Positions 39,590 through 54,086 of a DNA stretch of 64,000 bases are shown here, one piece after another. Each line of letters starts with the position of its first letter. The first letter of the stretch is position 1. The DNA lies in NCBI GenBank assembly GCA_013239625.1, contig MU054098.1, positions 1,408,042 to 1,472,041 of the forward strand, in the 5' to 3' direction. Source of the DNA: Lama guanicoe. Its lineage: Eukaryota. The notes beneath the pieces are model-generated. The model searched no databases and was not told the origin of the DNA. It saw only the letters and a list, made by a program, of their open reading frames with translations. A program made the translations under genes and the position numbers.

Positions 39590-39945
39590 ACAATTTACTG
39601 GTCATCATTTCTCCTCTGGTGATTTTTCTGCCAGCCATAATGAACTCCTTTCTCAATATTTTATGCTCTTGGGGTCTCAGCGCATGCTCTTTCCTCTTCT
39701 TGGAGCACATGTCACCCAGCTCTTTACTCATCTTTTAAACCTTCCTCTATTAAGTCCCTAAATTAGGGTTTGATGTCTCTTCCTAGTGTTCCCATAGCAC
39801 ATATTTCCTCTACTGTAACATGAATAACTCTCTATTTTAATTGTTTGTTAATTTGTCTAGCTCTTCTCCTATAATATAAATGCCATGAGTGTCAAGATCA
39901 TATCCACCTTAGTCACTTAAGCTAGCACAGTGAATCAATAAATAC
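39590..39945 (+). mobile_element. L2 3' fragment
   Basis: CTAGTGTTCCCATAGCAC...TTTTAATTGTTTGTT...CTAGCACAGTGAATCAATAAATA. Confidence 0.6.
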
Positions 39946-40224
39946 TAAGTGGCAGTTTTGCACTTGGGCCACTTGTCAGAGGATTGTAAAAGGCACCATG
40001 TTGTCTGCCCAAGTTTATCCAGCTGAACTTGGTAAATAGATGTCTTCCTAATGCCCTCTCTATTTCATGAGCAATTCATATGATCCATTCTTTTTTTTTT
40101 TTCATATATATCACATAGAAGTCAGTAGCATTGTCAATAAGCTCCCCGTTCCCTTGGAGTTTGATAAAATATTGATGTTGAACTAAGTGGTCTAATTATG
40201 ACAGTTTGATAAGAGACCACACAG

Positions 40225-40440
40225 AATAATGAAAAGCACACTAGACTGGGAAAGAGGAATTCTAAATGTTGATCCTCCCTCTGCAAACAATTAACCACAT
40301 AATCTTAGTTGTATTACCTCTCTGAAACTCAGTTTCCTCATCTGTGATCAACCATATCAGCACTAATTATTTCATAGTGTTGTTGAAAGTATCAAATGAC
40401 AAGAGACGGGCAAGCAATTTGAAAATGCACAGTTTTATAA
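40225..40440 (+). mobile_element. MIR fragment
   Basis: GAAAAGCACACTAGACTGGG...CCTCTCTGAAACTCAGTTTCCTCATCTGT. Confidence 0.7.
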
Positions 40441-42991
40441 TGCAAAGAATCTTTGATACAAGAACTATCTCATCTAGATTTTTAGCAACTTTGCAATATA
40501 GGAAAAAGTAAATATTATTACCTTCTGTAGAAAAACTCCACTGCATAAAATAACTCCATATTTTAAAATATACTAAGAGGTACTATTGATGCTCAATTTT
40601 ATAATTCACATTAAAATAGATTTATCAAATAGAATAATAATATTCCAATAAAGTTTTTTAACATATCACATAAGGTATGAACCAAATACATATGGAAACC
40701 ACTTTAATGTTTATTTTAAAAACTAAATCTTTCAAATTCAATAATAAAATATATCTTGATTTGAAAAGTTAAACATTTAAACTTCAACTCACTCACAAAA
40801 TATACTATATGGTTTTCTGGTATTTTAAATCAAAACACCTAGTTGAATACTGTTTTTAAAATATGCTTTATCATTCTGTTGAAAACATACTTTCTATGAG
40901 GATGAATTTTGCAGAGGTGCTTAAAAATCTGAATTTTGCCCCTTAGAAAGTAGCAAACTCCCATGAGATGCTTTTTCATCTCACAGACCTTCCAATTTCC
41001 TTTTCCTAAGATTCCTTGAACCAAACCTCAGCTTCTTAAATCATCAGTATATATCTGATGTGCAGAATTATGAAAAGACTCACCAGTGTCATTAACTTCC
41101 ATGGGAAAATGGCCAGTTTTAATTCCTACCCAGCACCTAACTATCTGATGGAGGAAGAAATTCATATTTCTCAAAGCTGAGCTTCCCTAAATTTAATTTC
41201 ATGCATCCTTGACACCAGCTCAAGTAGCATCTAGATTCTAAATGAGGTCTGAAATATTGTACAAAAAATTCCACTTTGCTATTTCCTGGGTGTATCTCTA
41301 GCACCCAGATACTTTCAAGAAAGTCAAGCTCAAAATTATCCTCCAGGCGTTTCTGCCCTTAAATATATAACAATAGCCCTTATGGACGAAGGAATCTACA
41401 TACTGTTAAAGAAAGTATTACTTAGTGAAAGGGTCTTCAAAAGTTCATTGGGGAATAAATGGAGTTTTGAACAGAGCTTTCTATTTTCACAGGCCCAAAA
41501 GATGTGATAATAAAAACTATGAATAAAAGACCTTTGACTCTAAGTATCTCTCAAATTAGATGTAACATTTCTTGAAATGTCCATATTATTCACTGCTTTC
41601 AGCTAAAATTACATACTCTCCTCATGACACTTGCCACCTTACTGTCTATGCTCCAGTGATGGCAGCCTTCTCTGTTCTTTCTACTGTCTTTATATGTCTT
41701 TTCCATTGCCTAGAATCCTCTCTGCTACCTAGTCTGAGTGAAACCTACAAGATATTCAAATCTCCTCTTCCTCTGTGATGATCTATAGACAAGGCATGGA
41801 AAACCACCAGAAGGATAACTCAGAAGAGTTAAGTATAGTTTAGAAGACAATATTTGCTGTAATACATAGAGCTGACCAGTCTGTGCCAGAGGAGGATGCA
41901 GAATATAGCATGACACTGATAGGGTTACTTTGGGATTAGAGGTGACTTGGGTATGATGGAGCTGTATGCAAGTATATTGGATAGGGATGTCATGGGGTAG
42001 GCAGACGGGCACAGGAAAGAGAGGGATTTTACAAACAGGAAAAACTTCCTCATATCCACAGGTCTTCTCCATGGATTAATCAATAAAGTAAGGGTGGTGT
42101 AAGTGTAAATGGAAATAAACTTTTTAAAAAAGTTTGTTCAGGGTAAATTTTCTTCTTCATAATTTTGACTTGCCCACCAGATCAATTTCTTCCTAAAATA
42201 CTGATGCCATTGTGTTATAATATCCAGAGTTTTAAACAAATTCAGGTTGTGATAGTAAAGACATTGACTGCATCATAAAATAACAATTTACCTAAAATAT
42301 ATTTATTTTTGTTTCTTTGGCCAGATTAAGCTGAGGGAAAATGCTCAAACAGAACAAATTATTTTCTTTGGTGTTCTGCCAAAACAACTAATTTATTTAC
42401 TGTATCTTCCAGGTTTCCACTAGCTGTTTTGATGTTATGTCAGTGCACGTAGCCTGATGCTTTACCAGGCTAATGAATTTCATGATTTTTTACTTTCCAA
42501 AAATTATTTTGCTTTTAAGGAATGCATTCCTTGGAAATGGTAACCAAAGCCAGAGAAGCCTAGATGCTGTATAATTCTGAAAATTAAATTGAGATTTTAA
42601 AAAAATCTTAGAAATATCAAATTTCAAAGGTCATCTCACTGTATATTTCTAAAAAGAAGTTACAAAGTTTACCTTCTATGGAAAAAAGGATGTAGTCGAT
42701 TATAAATTAGACATATTAGATGAGTTGATTTCCTTTGTCAGTAGTTTAATAATAACAGTAAACATTCAATTCTATAAACTTGAAATTCAGGGCAGTAAAA
42801 ATCCAAGAAGCCATATATAATATCAAAATCTCAATTAAGTATTAATAGACAATATTAAGGAAACAAACAAGTAATTTACTTGTACATAAAGTTTGTCTTA
42901 AATTACACATAAACTTTTGGTTAATTTATTGCAAAGGAAGCCTCTTTTCTATTGACTTTTCTATTTTCTGTAGGGCTAGTTTTATTAACCT

Positions 42992-43153
42992 AGGGTGACC
43001 AACTCTGCTGGTTTGCTAGGGACAGATGGGTTTCCTGGGATATCAGATTTCATGTCAAAAATCATGAAAACTGGTGCCTAACCATAGGAAATGGGCAAAT
43101 TTTGGCATAAGGTTTGCCTGGAATGCAAAAACCAGGACCATTCCAGGCAAACC
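42992..43153 (+). mobile_element. MER94-like hAT-Blackjack DNA transposon, interrupted by an inverted duplication
   Basis: AGGGTGACCAACTCTGCTGGTTTGCTAGGGACAGATGGGTTTCCTGGGA...CAAAAACCAGGACCATTCCAGGCAAACC. Confidence 0.65.
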
Positions 43154-43195
43154 TTATGCCAAAGTTTGCCCATTTCCTATGGTTAGGCACCAGTT
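43069..43195. repeat. 57-bp inverted repeat (56/57), 13-nt loop
   Basis: 43069-43125 is the reverse complement of 43139-43195 apart from one T:G pair. Confidence 0.95.
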
Positions 43196-43692
43196 CATGA
43201 TTCTGATATGAAATATGTATGTAACTATTTGATCAGCCTCAGAGGATGAAATACTCATGACAGATGAACCAAAATCTGATTCTAGGTATAAGTCCCCTAT
43301 CATTATTTTCCAAGACTTTTGTGTAAGGGATGTGACTTACTCATTGTTTTAACAAACAGGTTTCAATTAGTGGGTCAAGATGAACATGAGCTCTGAGAAA
43401 AAGCAGAGTTTGAAACCTGACTCCAGCATTCACTAGCTGACTAGCATTAAGCAAAATAATATAACTCCATAAGCTTCAGTTTTTATGGCTATAAAGTGGG
43501 ATATTACATTACCTCATAATATTGGTGCTTTTAGTAAGAGCAAGGTGGTACATAGTACAGTTTTAAAAATCGTTTCATTATCATTAATTTAATTGAAGGC
43601 ATCAAAATGGAAATAAAAGTTTGTGGTTGCTTCTTTCTCAACAATTCAGCAATTATCTCAGAAGGCTTAAATCCACACTGGTGGTTATGGAG

Positions 43693-43731
43693 TATATTAG
43701 GACACTCCAGAGACAGAGAACCAATAGGTTT

Positions 43732-43768
<37 letters not shown>

Positions 43769-44943
43769 AAGAGAGAGAGAGAGATTCATTTTAAGGAATT
43801 GGTCCATGTAGTTGTAGAGGTTGGTAAGTTGAAAATCCACAGGATACAGCAGAAGGGTAGACACCCAGAGAAGGGCCACAGTTTGAGTCTGAAATCGATC
43901 TGTAGCAGAATTTCTTCTTTTTGGGGAGAGGTCAGTCTTTAGTAAGGCCTTCAACTGATTGGACGAGGCCCACCTACGTTATGGAAGGAATCTGCTTTAT
44001 TCGAAGTTTACTGATTTATGTGTTAGTCTCATATAAAAAATATCTTCAAAAAGGGAACCCTCCTATGCTCTTGGTGGGAATGCAGTTTGGTGCAGCCAAT
44101 GTGGAAAACAGTATGAAGATTCCTCAAAAGACTGAAAATAGACTTACCATATGATCCAGCAATTCTACTCCTGGGCATATATCCAGAGGGAATCTTATCA
44201 GTGAAACAATGTCATCTTTCATATTAAAATAACATTATTAAAAAAAAAGACACCTGCACCCCAATGTTCATAGCAGCACTATTTACAATAGCCAGGACAT
44301 GGAAACAACCTAAATGTCCATCAACAGATGACTGCATAAAGAAGCTGTGGTACATTAATACAATGGAATATGACTCAGTCATAAAAAATGATAAAATAAT
44401 GCCATTTGCAGCAACATGGATGGCCCTAGAGAATGTCATTCTAAGTGAGGTAAGCCAGAAAGAGAAAGAAAAATACCATATGATATCACTCATATATGGA
44501 ATCTAAAAAAAAAAAGACAAATGAACTTATATATAAAACAGAAACAGACTCACAGACATAAGACACACTTATGGTTACCAGGGGGAAGAGGGTGGGAAGG
44601 GATAAAATTGGAAGTTCGAGATTTGCAGATACTGACTGGTATACATAAAATAGATAAACAAGTTTATACTATATAGCACAGGGAACTATGTTCGATATCT
44701 TGTAGTAGCTTATGGTGAAAAAGAATATGAAAACAAATATATGTATATTCATGTATGACTAAAGTACTATGCTATACACCAGAAATTGACACAACTGACT
44801 ATACTTCAATAAAACGGTAAAAAATAAAAATAAAAATAAAAAAGAGTAAAAAATATCTTCAAAGAAATAGCTACAATAATATTTGACCAAATATCTGAGT
44901 TCAGTGGCCTAGCCAAGTTGACACACAAAACTAACCATCACAT
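43693..44943 (-). mobile_element. MLT2-like ERVL LTR split by an L1 insertion
   Basis: CTCCAGAGACAGAGAACCAATAGG (TG)n(GA)n ... CCTTCAACTGATTGGACGAGGCCCACC; resumes GCCTAGCCAAGTTGACACACAAAACTAACCATCACA. Confidence 0.85.
44051..44846 (+). mobile_element. Young 5'-truncated lineage LINE-1
   Basis: ORF2 C-terminal ORF 44264-44506. 17-bp TSD TAAAAAATATCTTCAAA at 44034-44050 and 44847-44863. Confidence 0.95.
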
Positions 44944-46406
44944 GGAGAGAAGGTATTCTACATTCTCTAGGCTAAATCTAGGGTGTTAAAAAGATGTTTC
45001 CATTTCTGTACACTAAGTCTGGGAAGTATTATCATCCTTTGGCTATATATAAAAAAATCTGAAGTTAATGAAAAACTCAGGTAATCAAGTATCAAAAATA
45101 CTGGGGAAACTCCAGAGCCTAAAGCGGAGCTCTGGGCAGCTTAGGAACTCAGGATGGCTCTTTCCGGGGAAGCATGTGTTCTTTAGACACTTTATAGAAA
45201 AGTAGTGGCTGCAAATGCCCAGTATAGCAGAACAACCAGGGTCTATTCAGGAAACCTGGTGGTTAACCAACTAGAATCAAGAAATGTAGCGAATTAGTTT
45301 TAATTCAAAGAGAACATTAAAACAAACAATCAACAATCAAATATGTGGTTATTAACATTACACTATAGAATCCAGAGAGTAGTAGAAGGGAAATGGTTTG
45401 ACAAGAGCCAATTCCAAATATAATGATAAGGACTAGACATACTCCCACAGTAGATATCAAATTTGCTACCTCTTTTATAGCCAACCTTGGACGTCATCAG
45501 CTCATACAGCAAATAAGGCACAGCATCAAATTAGGGAAGTTAGAAAGGTCAGAAAAAGGGATAATAGAAGAATCAAGATACTCATTATGTAGAAAAACAG
45601 GCACACAACCTTGGAGGTGAAAGACTGAAATGAGTTAGAAAAAAGGAATATGGTAGTTCAAAATGGATAAAAACAGTATCTTTAAATTATTATTTGCAAC
45701 ATTTTTGGCAACAATGTGCACATTTGACAAAATGCTCTTGTTATAACTGAACTTTCATCTTTCACTGGAACCACCATCATTCATAAGAAGGATAATGTGC
45801 ATTAGACCAAATTATTCCAACCGAGCAAGATGTTAAATGTCACTCCAGGTAATGAGATAAATGAAGAAAATTTGTAATAAGTGGAACAGCCTCCCAGGGA
45901 CTCACTACACTCTGGGGAATTTTAATTTACTTTCATGGTAAAGGTTAACAAACACTCAGATATCCCCTACTTGTAATTGTCACTTAAAAAGCATTCTTCC
46001 TGCAAAGAGTTCAAGGTGGTGGTGTATTTCCTCCGTTTCAGAGGGTATAGGGTGCCCTTTGTGGGAATCATTATTTCATCAATACCACCAAGAACAAACT
46101 TTATTGAAGCATGCTATAGTGGGAGGGCAGAGGGCTAAGGGCTTGGAACACAGAAAGGTATAAGGCACAATCCTTTTCCTACAAGATGAAGCCCCTTTAC
46201 AATACAGCCTAGAATATACTTTCTTCAAAATATAGGTTTTTGAAAAAAAAAAAAAAAATTAAACACTCAGGGCCAGAAAAGACCATATGCTATTCACAAT
46301 AACCCAGATAATTTAAAAGCTAGTTATTTAACACTTTTTACTATTTTACTGTATTTCAATAGCTGCAATTCTGAATCTACATCCACTTAAGGGAAACTAT
46401 GGGGGT

Positions 46407-47275
46407 TGTGGTCGGTAGTGATTTCCAGTACCACTTCTGACACCAAATGAGTGGTTTCTTTTCCCCACATCAACCAATTCTTCACGCTCTGGACACTAAC
46501 TGGGTGTTCTGTGATTCAATTCAGTTCCGTTACTAACTATCCAGAGTTAGCACAGAACCCACAGGTTACGGGCTCAGTTCCACAAGACTGCTCCAAATTC
46601 AGATGCCAGCTGTGAGTTCCAGGTTGCCACCCGTACTTCTAACAGCTATAAAGTTGGGGGTTCCTCAAGTTAAGTAATTTGATTGAATGGCTCACAGAAC
46701 TCAGGAAAGCATTTTGCTTACTATTACCAGTTCATAATAAAGGATATTATTAAAGGATACTAATGAACAGCCAGATGAAGAGGTACAGAAGGGTCCCAAA
46801 CTCAGTAAGTTCTGTGACCATGAAGTTGAGGTACACCACCCTCCAAGTATATGGATGTGTTTATGTTTACTATGCTGGAAACTCTCTGAATCCCATCATT
46901 TTGGGGTTTCGATGAAGGTTCTATTATGTAGGCATGATTGGTTACGTCATTGAACATTGGTGACTAGACTCAACTTGCAGCTCTTGTCCCCTCCCTGGAA
47001 GTCCAGGAGCCAGGAGTTGGGTGGAAGGCCTTAAACCTCTGATCACATGGTTCATTCCGCTGGCAACCAGCCCCCATCCTAAAGCTACTTAAGAGCCCAC
47101 AAAGAGTCTTTTTATTAGCATAACCTCAGGTATGGTTGAAAGGGGCTGGCTGTGAATAACGAACGACATTCCTGTCACCTTTACCACTCAGGAGATTGCA
47201 AAGGTTTTAGAAGGTCTGTGTCAGAAACCAGGAACTAAGAACAAATATATACATATATATATCTTATTTATCACA
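46407..47275 (-). mobile_element. MER21-like LTR
   Basis: CCACTTCTGACACCAAAT...GGACACTAACTGGGTGTTCTGTGATTCAATTCAGTTC...GGCTCACAGAACTCAGGAAA...TATCACA. Confidence 0.75.
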
Positions 47276-47887
47276 AGTGGTAAGGAAATCTGGGGCTAAA
47301 ACGTGAAAGCTTACTGAAGCAGTGACCTTTCAAAAATATTATACTTAATTAAATTCTCCATCTCTTCATGTTAGTCAAAATGGTAGGCAAAATTTATTAG
47401 AAGCATAATGGGTTAAAAACCTCACTAGGCATTGATAGAATTGTTCATTCTGTGTTAACTGACATATTTTTCTAGAATTTCAAAATATCATCTGTGATCC
47501 TTTCACATAATTTAATATTAAAAGCTAGAATGCAAACATTATTAAGGTCTCTGTAAAAAAAATGAGAAAATCTCAGAAAATTAAAAGCAATGCTTCATTC
47601 TGTTACAATAATGATAACTGATGTAGAGCTCTTTGAAAGGGAGCTAATATATGCAGTGAGTATGACTCTTCATTGCTGATAATCAATACTTCATTAGTAA
47701 GAAATAAAAGTCAAACAAATCTTTAATCTTCCTCACAATTACATTATATTTGGAAGGAGAAAAAAGTTCAGTTACTTACTTTTAATATTTTGCTCCAACA
47801 TAGTTCTTGGTAGGTTAGTTTTACATACACCATAAAATACTTAAGCCTTCATTGCCCTGTTATTAAACACTGTAAAAAGGCATAGAT

Positions 47888-50800
47888 TTCCAGTTCCAGG
47901 AAAAGATGGCATAGACTTACTTTTCCTTGCTCTTCCCCTTTAAATACAACTAAATATTCTGGAGCTAAATCAACAAATAATCATAAAAGGACTCTAAAAG
48001 ATGGAAAGAAAAAAAGCAGACTGGCTGGAAACCTCGAGATTTGAGGAATCACATGACAGTGAGCTTCACGGGTTTTCCTTTTTATCTCCCACCTATTCTA
48101 GACCTGGATCTGGACAGAGCTGCAATATGGAACCTCCAATGGGCAAAGAAGAAAAACAAACAAAAACAAGAAAAGCCTGATCTCTGTAGCCAAAGGACCC
48201 AAAACAGGTAGCTCAGCAGAGACCTAGTGGAGAAACCCATCCATACCCTCTACTCAGGGCAGCGCATAGCCCAGTCTATCACAGCAGCAGCAGCAGCATT
48301 GCTGTGAAACACCCAGGACAGCAGCAGATCCAAAGAGCAGCATCAGGGCCCAATATGGACACAATGACAACTTCACACCTGGAACAGCAGCAGGCTCAAA
48401 CAACCACAGGAGTAGCAACAGTAGCAAGGTCAACCACATACTGAGTCAGGTGGCCTGTTCTGCTATAGTGGGAGTGTCAGGAGCTCCCTGTCTAATGCCC
48501 AGGGCAGCAATGGCCAGATCTTCTGCAGCAGAAGCATCAATGGGACTCAGTAAGGGACCCATCTCACACAGCTCACCCAAATGAGTGACAGCTCAACCTA
48601 CCAAAGCAGCAGCAACAGCAAGGTCCCTTTCCTGTATCCAAAGAGACAGCAGTCATATCTTTCATAGAAAGAGTATCAGCAGGGCCAGTCGGGGACCCAT
48701 TCTCCAATCCTCGCCTGAATCAGTGGCAATCCAATCTGCCACAGCAGTAACAGCATAGCGAGTTCTAATCACACACCTGGTAAAGGAGTGAGACTGGTTC
48801 TCCAAACTGGCAGCAATCAAAGCCAAGAATTTCCTGAACCCTGCACTGAAGAACACTGGATAGCCTAAGCAGCACACGCAAAAACTGAGCAGCAGCTCTA
48901 GTGGAGCAAGAAGTACAAAGCCAATCAGAATAGAATGTAAAGGCTCTAAAAATTAAATTATCAATAGAACTTCAACTCACAAAGTAGGCAAGGTCCTACA
49001 TGCAAAACCAAAGTACAATAACTGTTTACTGAAATAAAAGATTTAAATGGGCTCAAGAGTCCTCTAACATTACACACAAATGTCCAGGACAAAATTGTAA
49101 ATCACTAGTCATACAAAAAATGAAAAACACCACTTGAATGAAAAAAGATGATCAACTGACACAAACACTGGGATGAAACAGATGCTGAGATTATCTGACA
49201 GGGATTTTCAAGCAGGCATTATAAATATATTTCTATAAATAAATATAAATTCTTTTGAAACAAATGTAGAAAATAGAAAGTCCAAATAAACGGAGGTTAT
49301 AAAAATAACCATTTGGAAATTATAGAACAGAAAAGTAAAATCGCTAGATTTCTTTAAAAAAAATTTACTTCCAGTGAGTTTTAAGAAAGAGATAGAATCA
49401 GTAAACTGGAGGACTGATGGAATTTACACATTCTGAGCAACAAAAAGAAAATTGGCTTTAAAAAATGAACAGAACCTCAAGGATGTATGAGATAATAAAA
49501 AACATCTAATATTTGTATTATTGGAGTCATAGAAGGAGGGGAGTGAGTATGGAGTTGAAATATATTTGAAAATATAGTGGCTGAAAATTTCTAAAACTTG
49601 CTGAAATACATTAATTTACAGATTCCAGAAGTTGAGCAAAACACAAATAGGATAAGCCCAAAGAAACCAAGAGACATCAGAATTAAACTTCTGAAAACTA
49701 AAAACAAATAAAAAGTCTTAAAAACAGTCAGAAAAAATGACACATAACCTATAAAGGAACACTAATTCAAATGACAGTAAATTTTACATCTGAACCCACA
49801 AAGGTCATGTGGAAGTGGCACAATACTTCCTAAAAGAAATGTTAAAGCTAATCCTATATCCAACTTTATTCATAACAGTCAAAACCTGGAAACTACCCAA
49901 ATATCTTCCAATGGGTGAATGGTTAAATAAATTTTGGCACATCAACATAATAGAATACTTTCAGCAATAAAAAAGGAACAAACTATAATACACACAACTT
50001 GGATGAACCACGAGAGAATTATGCTGAATTAAAAAAAAAATCTCAGAATATATATATTTAAAGATTTTATCTTATAACATTTGTGAAATAACATAATTAC
50101 AGAGATGATGAACAGTTTAGTGGCTACAAGGAGTTAAGGATGGGGTATGTTGCTATGAAGAGGCAGAATGAGGGGATTTTGTGATGATAGTAAAATATAT
50201 ATATATTAATTGTGGTGGTGATTACATGAAACTACACATACGATAAAATTCCCTAGAGCTATGGGGACATGCGCGCACACATAGACACACATTAGTGTAT
50301 GCATAATTGATGAAATAAAAATTGATGAATAAAAGCTGAGGATTGTACCAATGCCAATTTCCTGGTTGCTGCCATTCCATTTCTACAAAGACCAAACCAT
50401 TAGTCACTGCAGTCACGCACCGACAGTGCACCCTGAGGGGAATTCATATGGAGAAAAACAAGCATTCTGTGCCTTGGATACTGGCTCCAGGTAGTTAAGA
50501 TGCGTATCTAAGGAATAATTTCAATGAACGGAGATTCTTGCCTCTTGCCTTACATAGAAAAACACAACAATTTTCAACTTGAGATGTCTGTTCTTTGTGA
50601 CTAGCAGTATTTTTTGATTCTTGACTACATGTTTTTTCCAGCTAAAAACCCCATATATATCCTGGCTCTTCCCTTACCTCTCCGGATCGTTCCTCAGAGC
50701 TGTCTCTCAGGCTATAGTCTTCAGGAAGTTCCCCAAATAAAATTTAACTCTCAACTATTAGGCTGTGCATTTTTCTTTCAGTCGACAGTACTATGGTTCT

Positions 50801-50910
50801 GTAAGATGTTAACATTGGGAGAGGTGAAGAAAAGATGGGCGGCAGTACACTGTACGTTTCTTTGCTACCTTCTGTGAATTTATAATTATTTTAAAATAAA
50901 AAGTTTTTAA
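47888..50910 (+). mobile_element. Old LINE-1 (CAG-rich 5' UTR, ORF1 remnant, L1MC/MD-type 3' end)
   Basis: TTCCAGTTCCAGGAAAAGATGGC 5' end; ORF1 remnants ~49150-49830; 3' end 49860-50910, split by an LTR. Confidence 0.7.
50367..50787 (+). mobile_element. ERV1-type solo LTR nested in an L1 3' UTR
   Basis: TG...GTCGACA termini with AATAAA near 50736; L1 sequence continues on both sides. Confidence 0.7.
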
Positions 50911-52882
50911 CAGAATAGGTTGACACTGTATGTTAAATATGTTCTTAAAAAAGCCAAACTCCAAATTGTTCTGTATGGATCTCCCTCTGAGAATGTCAGA
51001 CTCCTCCATGCTAATGCATCTATAGAATTTTGATTCACAAAAGAACGTGGTTATCTTTATCAAGGATTCCTAAAGAAAAAAGTAGCCCAAGGGGTTTCTG
51101 TAATTGGAGAGATTTAATCAAAAGTACTGTATCCAATACACCTTTGACAATGTTTGTTGGAATTTCTGCCCTTACTTTCAACTCTTTGGAAGTCACCAAT
51201 CTTAAAGACTACACTTAAAGGGATTTTGTGGTAATCCATTAACAAGGGGAAATTTCCAAACTGTATTCTGGGGAGAGCAAACAGACTGGTTCTGAGAGCC
51301 CAGAGCATTTAGACTGGTAGGATGTTACAGTGCTAAATTCTGAGAGTCTTAAAGTAACCAGGCATGCAGAAATGAGGAGTACCTAGAAGAACTGATGAAA
51401 AAGGGACAGAAGGAACTGAATGCAAACTTATCTACCTAGCATTTGGGCTAAGAAGTAGATTTAGTGCACTACACAGACTTTTCAGGTTTCAAGTCCCATG
51501 CACTCACTCATATACACAACAAACAGGTTACTCATATCTTTGAGATGTAGGTGTTTGATTAGAAAAAGCCAGTAGCAAGTAATTTTTTAGAAAGCACTCA
51601 ATATCTTCAGTTGTGTGATAGGTGGTCCTGGATATAGAGATGTACAGGGCATAATCTTGACTTTGAAATTTACAGTGAAGTTGGGGAAATAAGAAAAGTA
51701 TACTGAAAAAGACATCTAATACTATATATCCTGAATGTCTACACCTGATAGATACAGGACACTCTATGATAGCCCAAAAACAAACAAACAAATAAAAAAA
51801 CCAAAAAAACCCCACTATGAACTGGGGAAGTCAAAGACATTTTAAAAAGATAACAGGACTTGAGTAAACCCTTAACTCATTGACAGAGCTCAGCCAATCA
51901 GGAGGGATAGGCATCAGGCATTTAAGGCAATAGGAGTACTGGGTTCAAAGATGTGGAGAAAAGACTGAGGAATATCAGTTGGTGAAAACTAGAGATAGAT
52001 TTAAGCTCAGCATAAAAAATAACTTTCTTACACAGTGTTTTCCAAAGAGAAAACAGAGTACCTTGAGATAAGTACATTGACATTGTATGCATTTATATTA
52101 GATACTAATTAACTAATTTGTGCAGATGTTCCAGACAATGTTCAAAGTTCAGATGATACTTAAATGTTACATCTGTCTTAAAACTGAGGCTTTATGGTAA
52201 TACTGCAATTCTTGTTCCCAGATTCCCTATCACACCATCCTACTTGCCTGATGAACTGGGTCACACTGACATGACCGTCTGTTGGTACTACCAACAACTG
52301 TCTAGTTTAATACTCTTTACGTACTGTGTTCTATACGCCCATTTTAACATCATCCTATCACCTACAGATATTCCCAACTTCCAACTTATTTTCTCAAGAA
52401 ATAACTGGTCTTCCAGGTCTGGGCGTTCTCATATAAGCTTGAATCCAAGTTCTCATTCTAATTCTTGATTACTTTCCAAATATATGAGAACAAATTTTAT
52501 ATAAACACCATAAGTCTTTCATTTTTTTTGACTGAATAACATTATTACTTACACTATGCCTTTAAAATTCTTCAGCAGTTCACTTTAATTCATCATTTCT
52601 CATCTTAAAATGATACCCAGTTTCATGTATATGATCTATCCAAAGCACAGTAGAATTAAATTCTATTAGCCATATGACTAAAGATTTTGTTTTGGTTTCA
52701 GTTGAAGTGGGTGAATTGAAATGTATGCAGAAGCCTCCCTTTCATATCTTAAATGTCTAAAATTATAGAAATAGTCTAAAAAATAAACACTTAAATTGTT
52801 ATTGGGTTTCACACAAGAGGAGGAGACTTTACCCATCATAAAATATGAAAATCTCTTAAAAAATAGAAAGTTGGAAAAGACG

Positions 52883-53630
52883 AGTTGGTGGGAATGTAAA
52901 CTGGTGCAACTGTTATGAAGCCAGTCTGGAGACTCCTCAAAAATTTTAAATGGGATTATCATGTGATTCAACAATCCCATTTCTGGGTATACATCCAAAA
53001 GATATTAAATCACTATCTTGAAAAGATATCTGCATCCCCATGTTCATTGAGCATTATTTGCTATAGCTAAGACATGAAAAAACCTAAATGTCCATCAATG
53101 GATAGTTGGATAAAGAAATTGTGGGGGAGATATATATATATAGAGAGAGAAAATTTAACCACACATGTAGCTTCATATAATCACCACTATATATTTTTTT
53201 CATATATATACATATATGAAAAATATAAATACACAGAATGGAATTTTTTCCACCATAAAAAAGAAGGAAATCCTTCCATTTGTGACAATATGTATAAACA
53301 TTGAGGGCATTATACTAAGTGAAATAACTCAGAGGGAGAAAGACAAATATGGTATGTTCTCACTTACATGTACAGTCTAAACTAAAAAAGCTCAACTCAT
53401 AGAAAAAGAGACTAGAATGGTAGTTGCAGGGTCTAGGAGGTGAAGGAAATGGGGAGATATTGTTCAAATGGTACAAGCTTCCATCTGTAAGATAAATAAA
53501 TCCTAGGGATCTTACACATAGCATAGTGACTATAATTAACAATGTATTATACACTTGAACGTTTTGAGTAGATCTTAAATTTTATTAACACACAAAAGTG
53601 GTAATTATGTGAGGGGATAGAGGTGATAAA
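52883..53630 (+). mobile_element. L1MA-type 3' end
   Basis: GTTGGTGGGAATGTAAACTGGTGCAAC...CCTAAATGTCCATCAATGGAT...GTAGATCTTAAAT. Confidence 0.85.
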
Positions 53631-54086
53631 GTAGAAAAGATAAGATTGAAGATCCTAGTTTAATACACCTCTTTGTTGGAATACTACATACTTACTAATA
53701 GGAATGAAGTATACCTATCTGAGGTAATACAGCAAAGTATACAAGCTCTATTAAGTGAAAAAATGAAAGGTGCAGAACTGTATATAATTTGTAGCATTTA
53801 GAAAAATATATTCAGGGATATATACACATGCTGGGATATACTTTCTTGTAAAGAAATAAATGCTTAAGAAGAGGTAACTCTCAGGGGAAGAATTAGTGGG
53901 TAGGAGTTATAGTAATAAGAAACATTCACTTCATTTTGTAATTTTTTGCATTTTATAAATTTAAACATACACATCTTTTATGTCAAAGGGGGGCAGACTT
54001 CTTATTGCCTTATTTGTCAAATTAAAGAAGTATAACTTTTTCTCTAATTTGCTAATAAGTGATTATTTTTATCTGATAATGTATCT

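Noticed and set aside
45650..46060. Repeat-free stretch that could be an exon or second viral fragment
   Set aside because: The frames I translated contain stops and no recognisable motifs.
48270..48630. CAG-rich tract suggesting a polyglutamine exon
   Set aside because: No sustained ORF, and it lies within an old L1 5' UTR.
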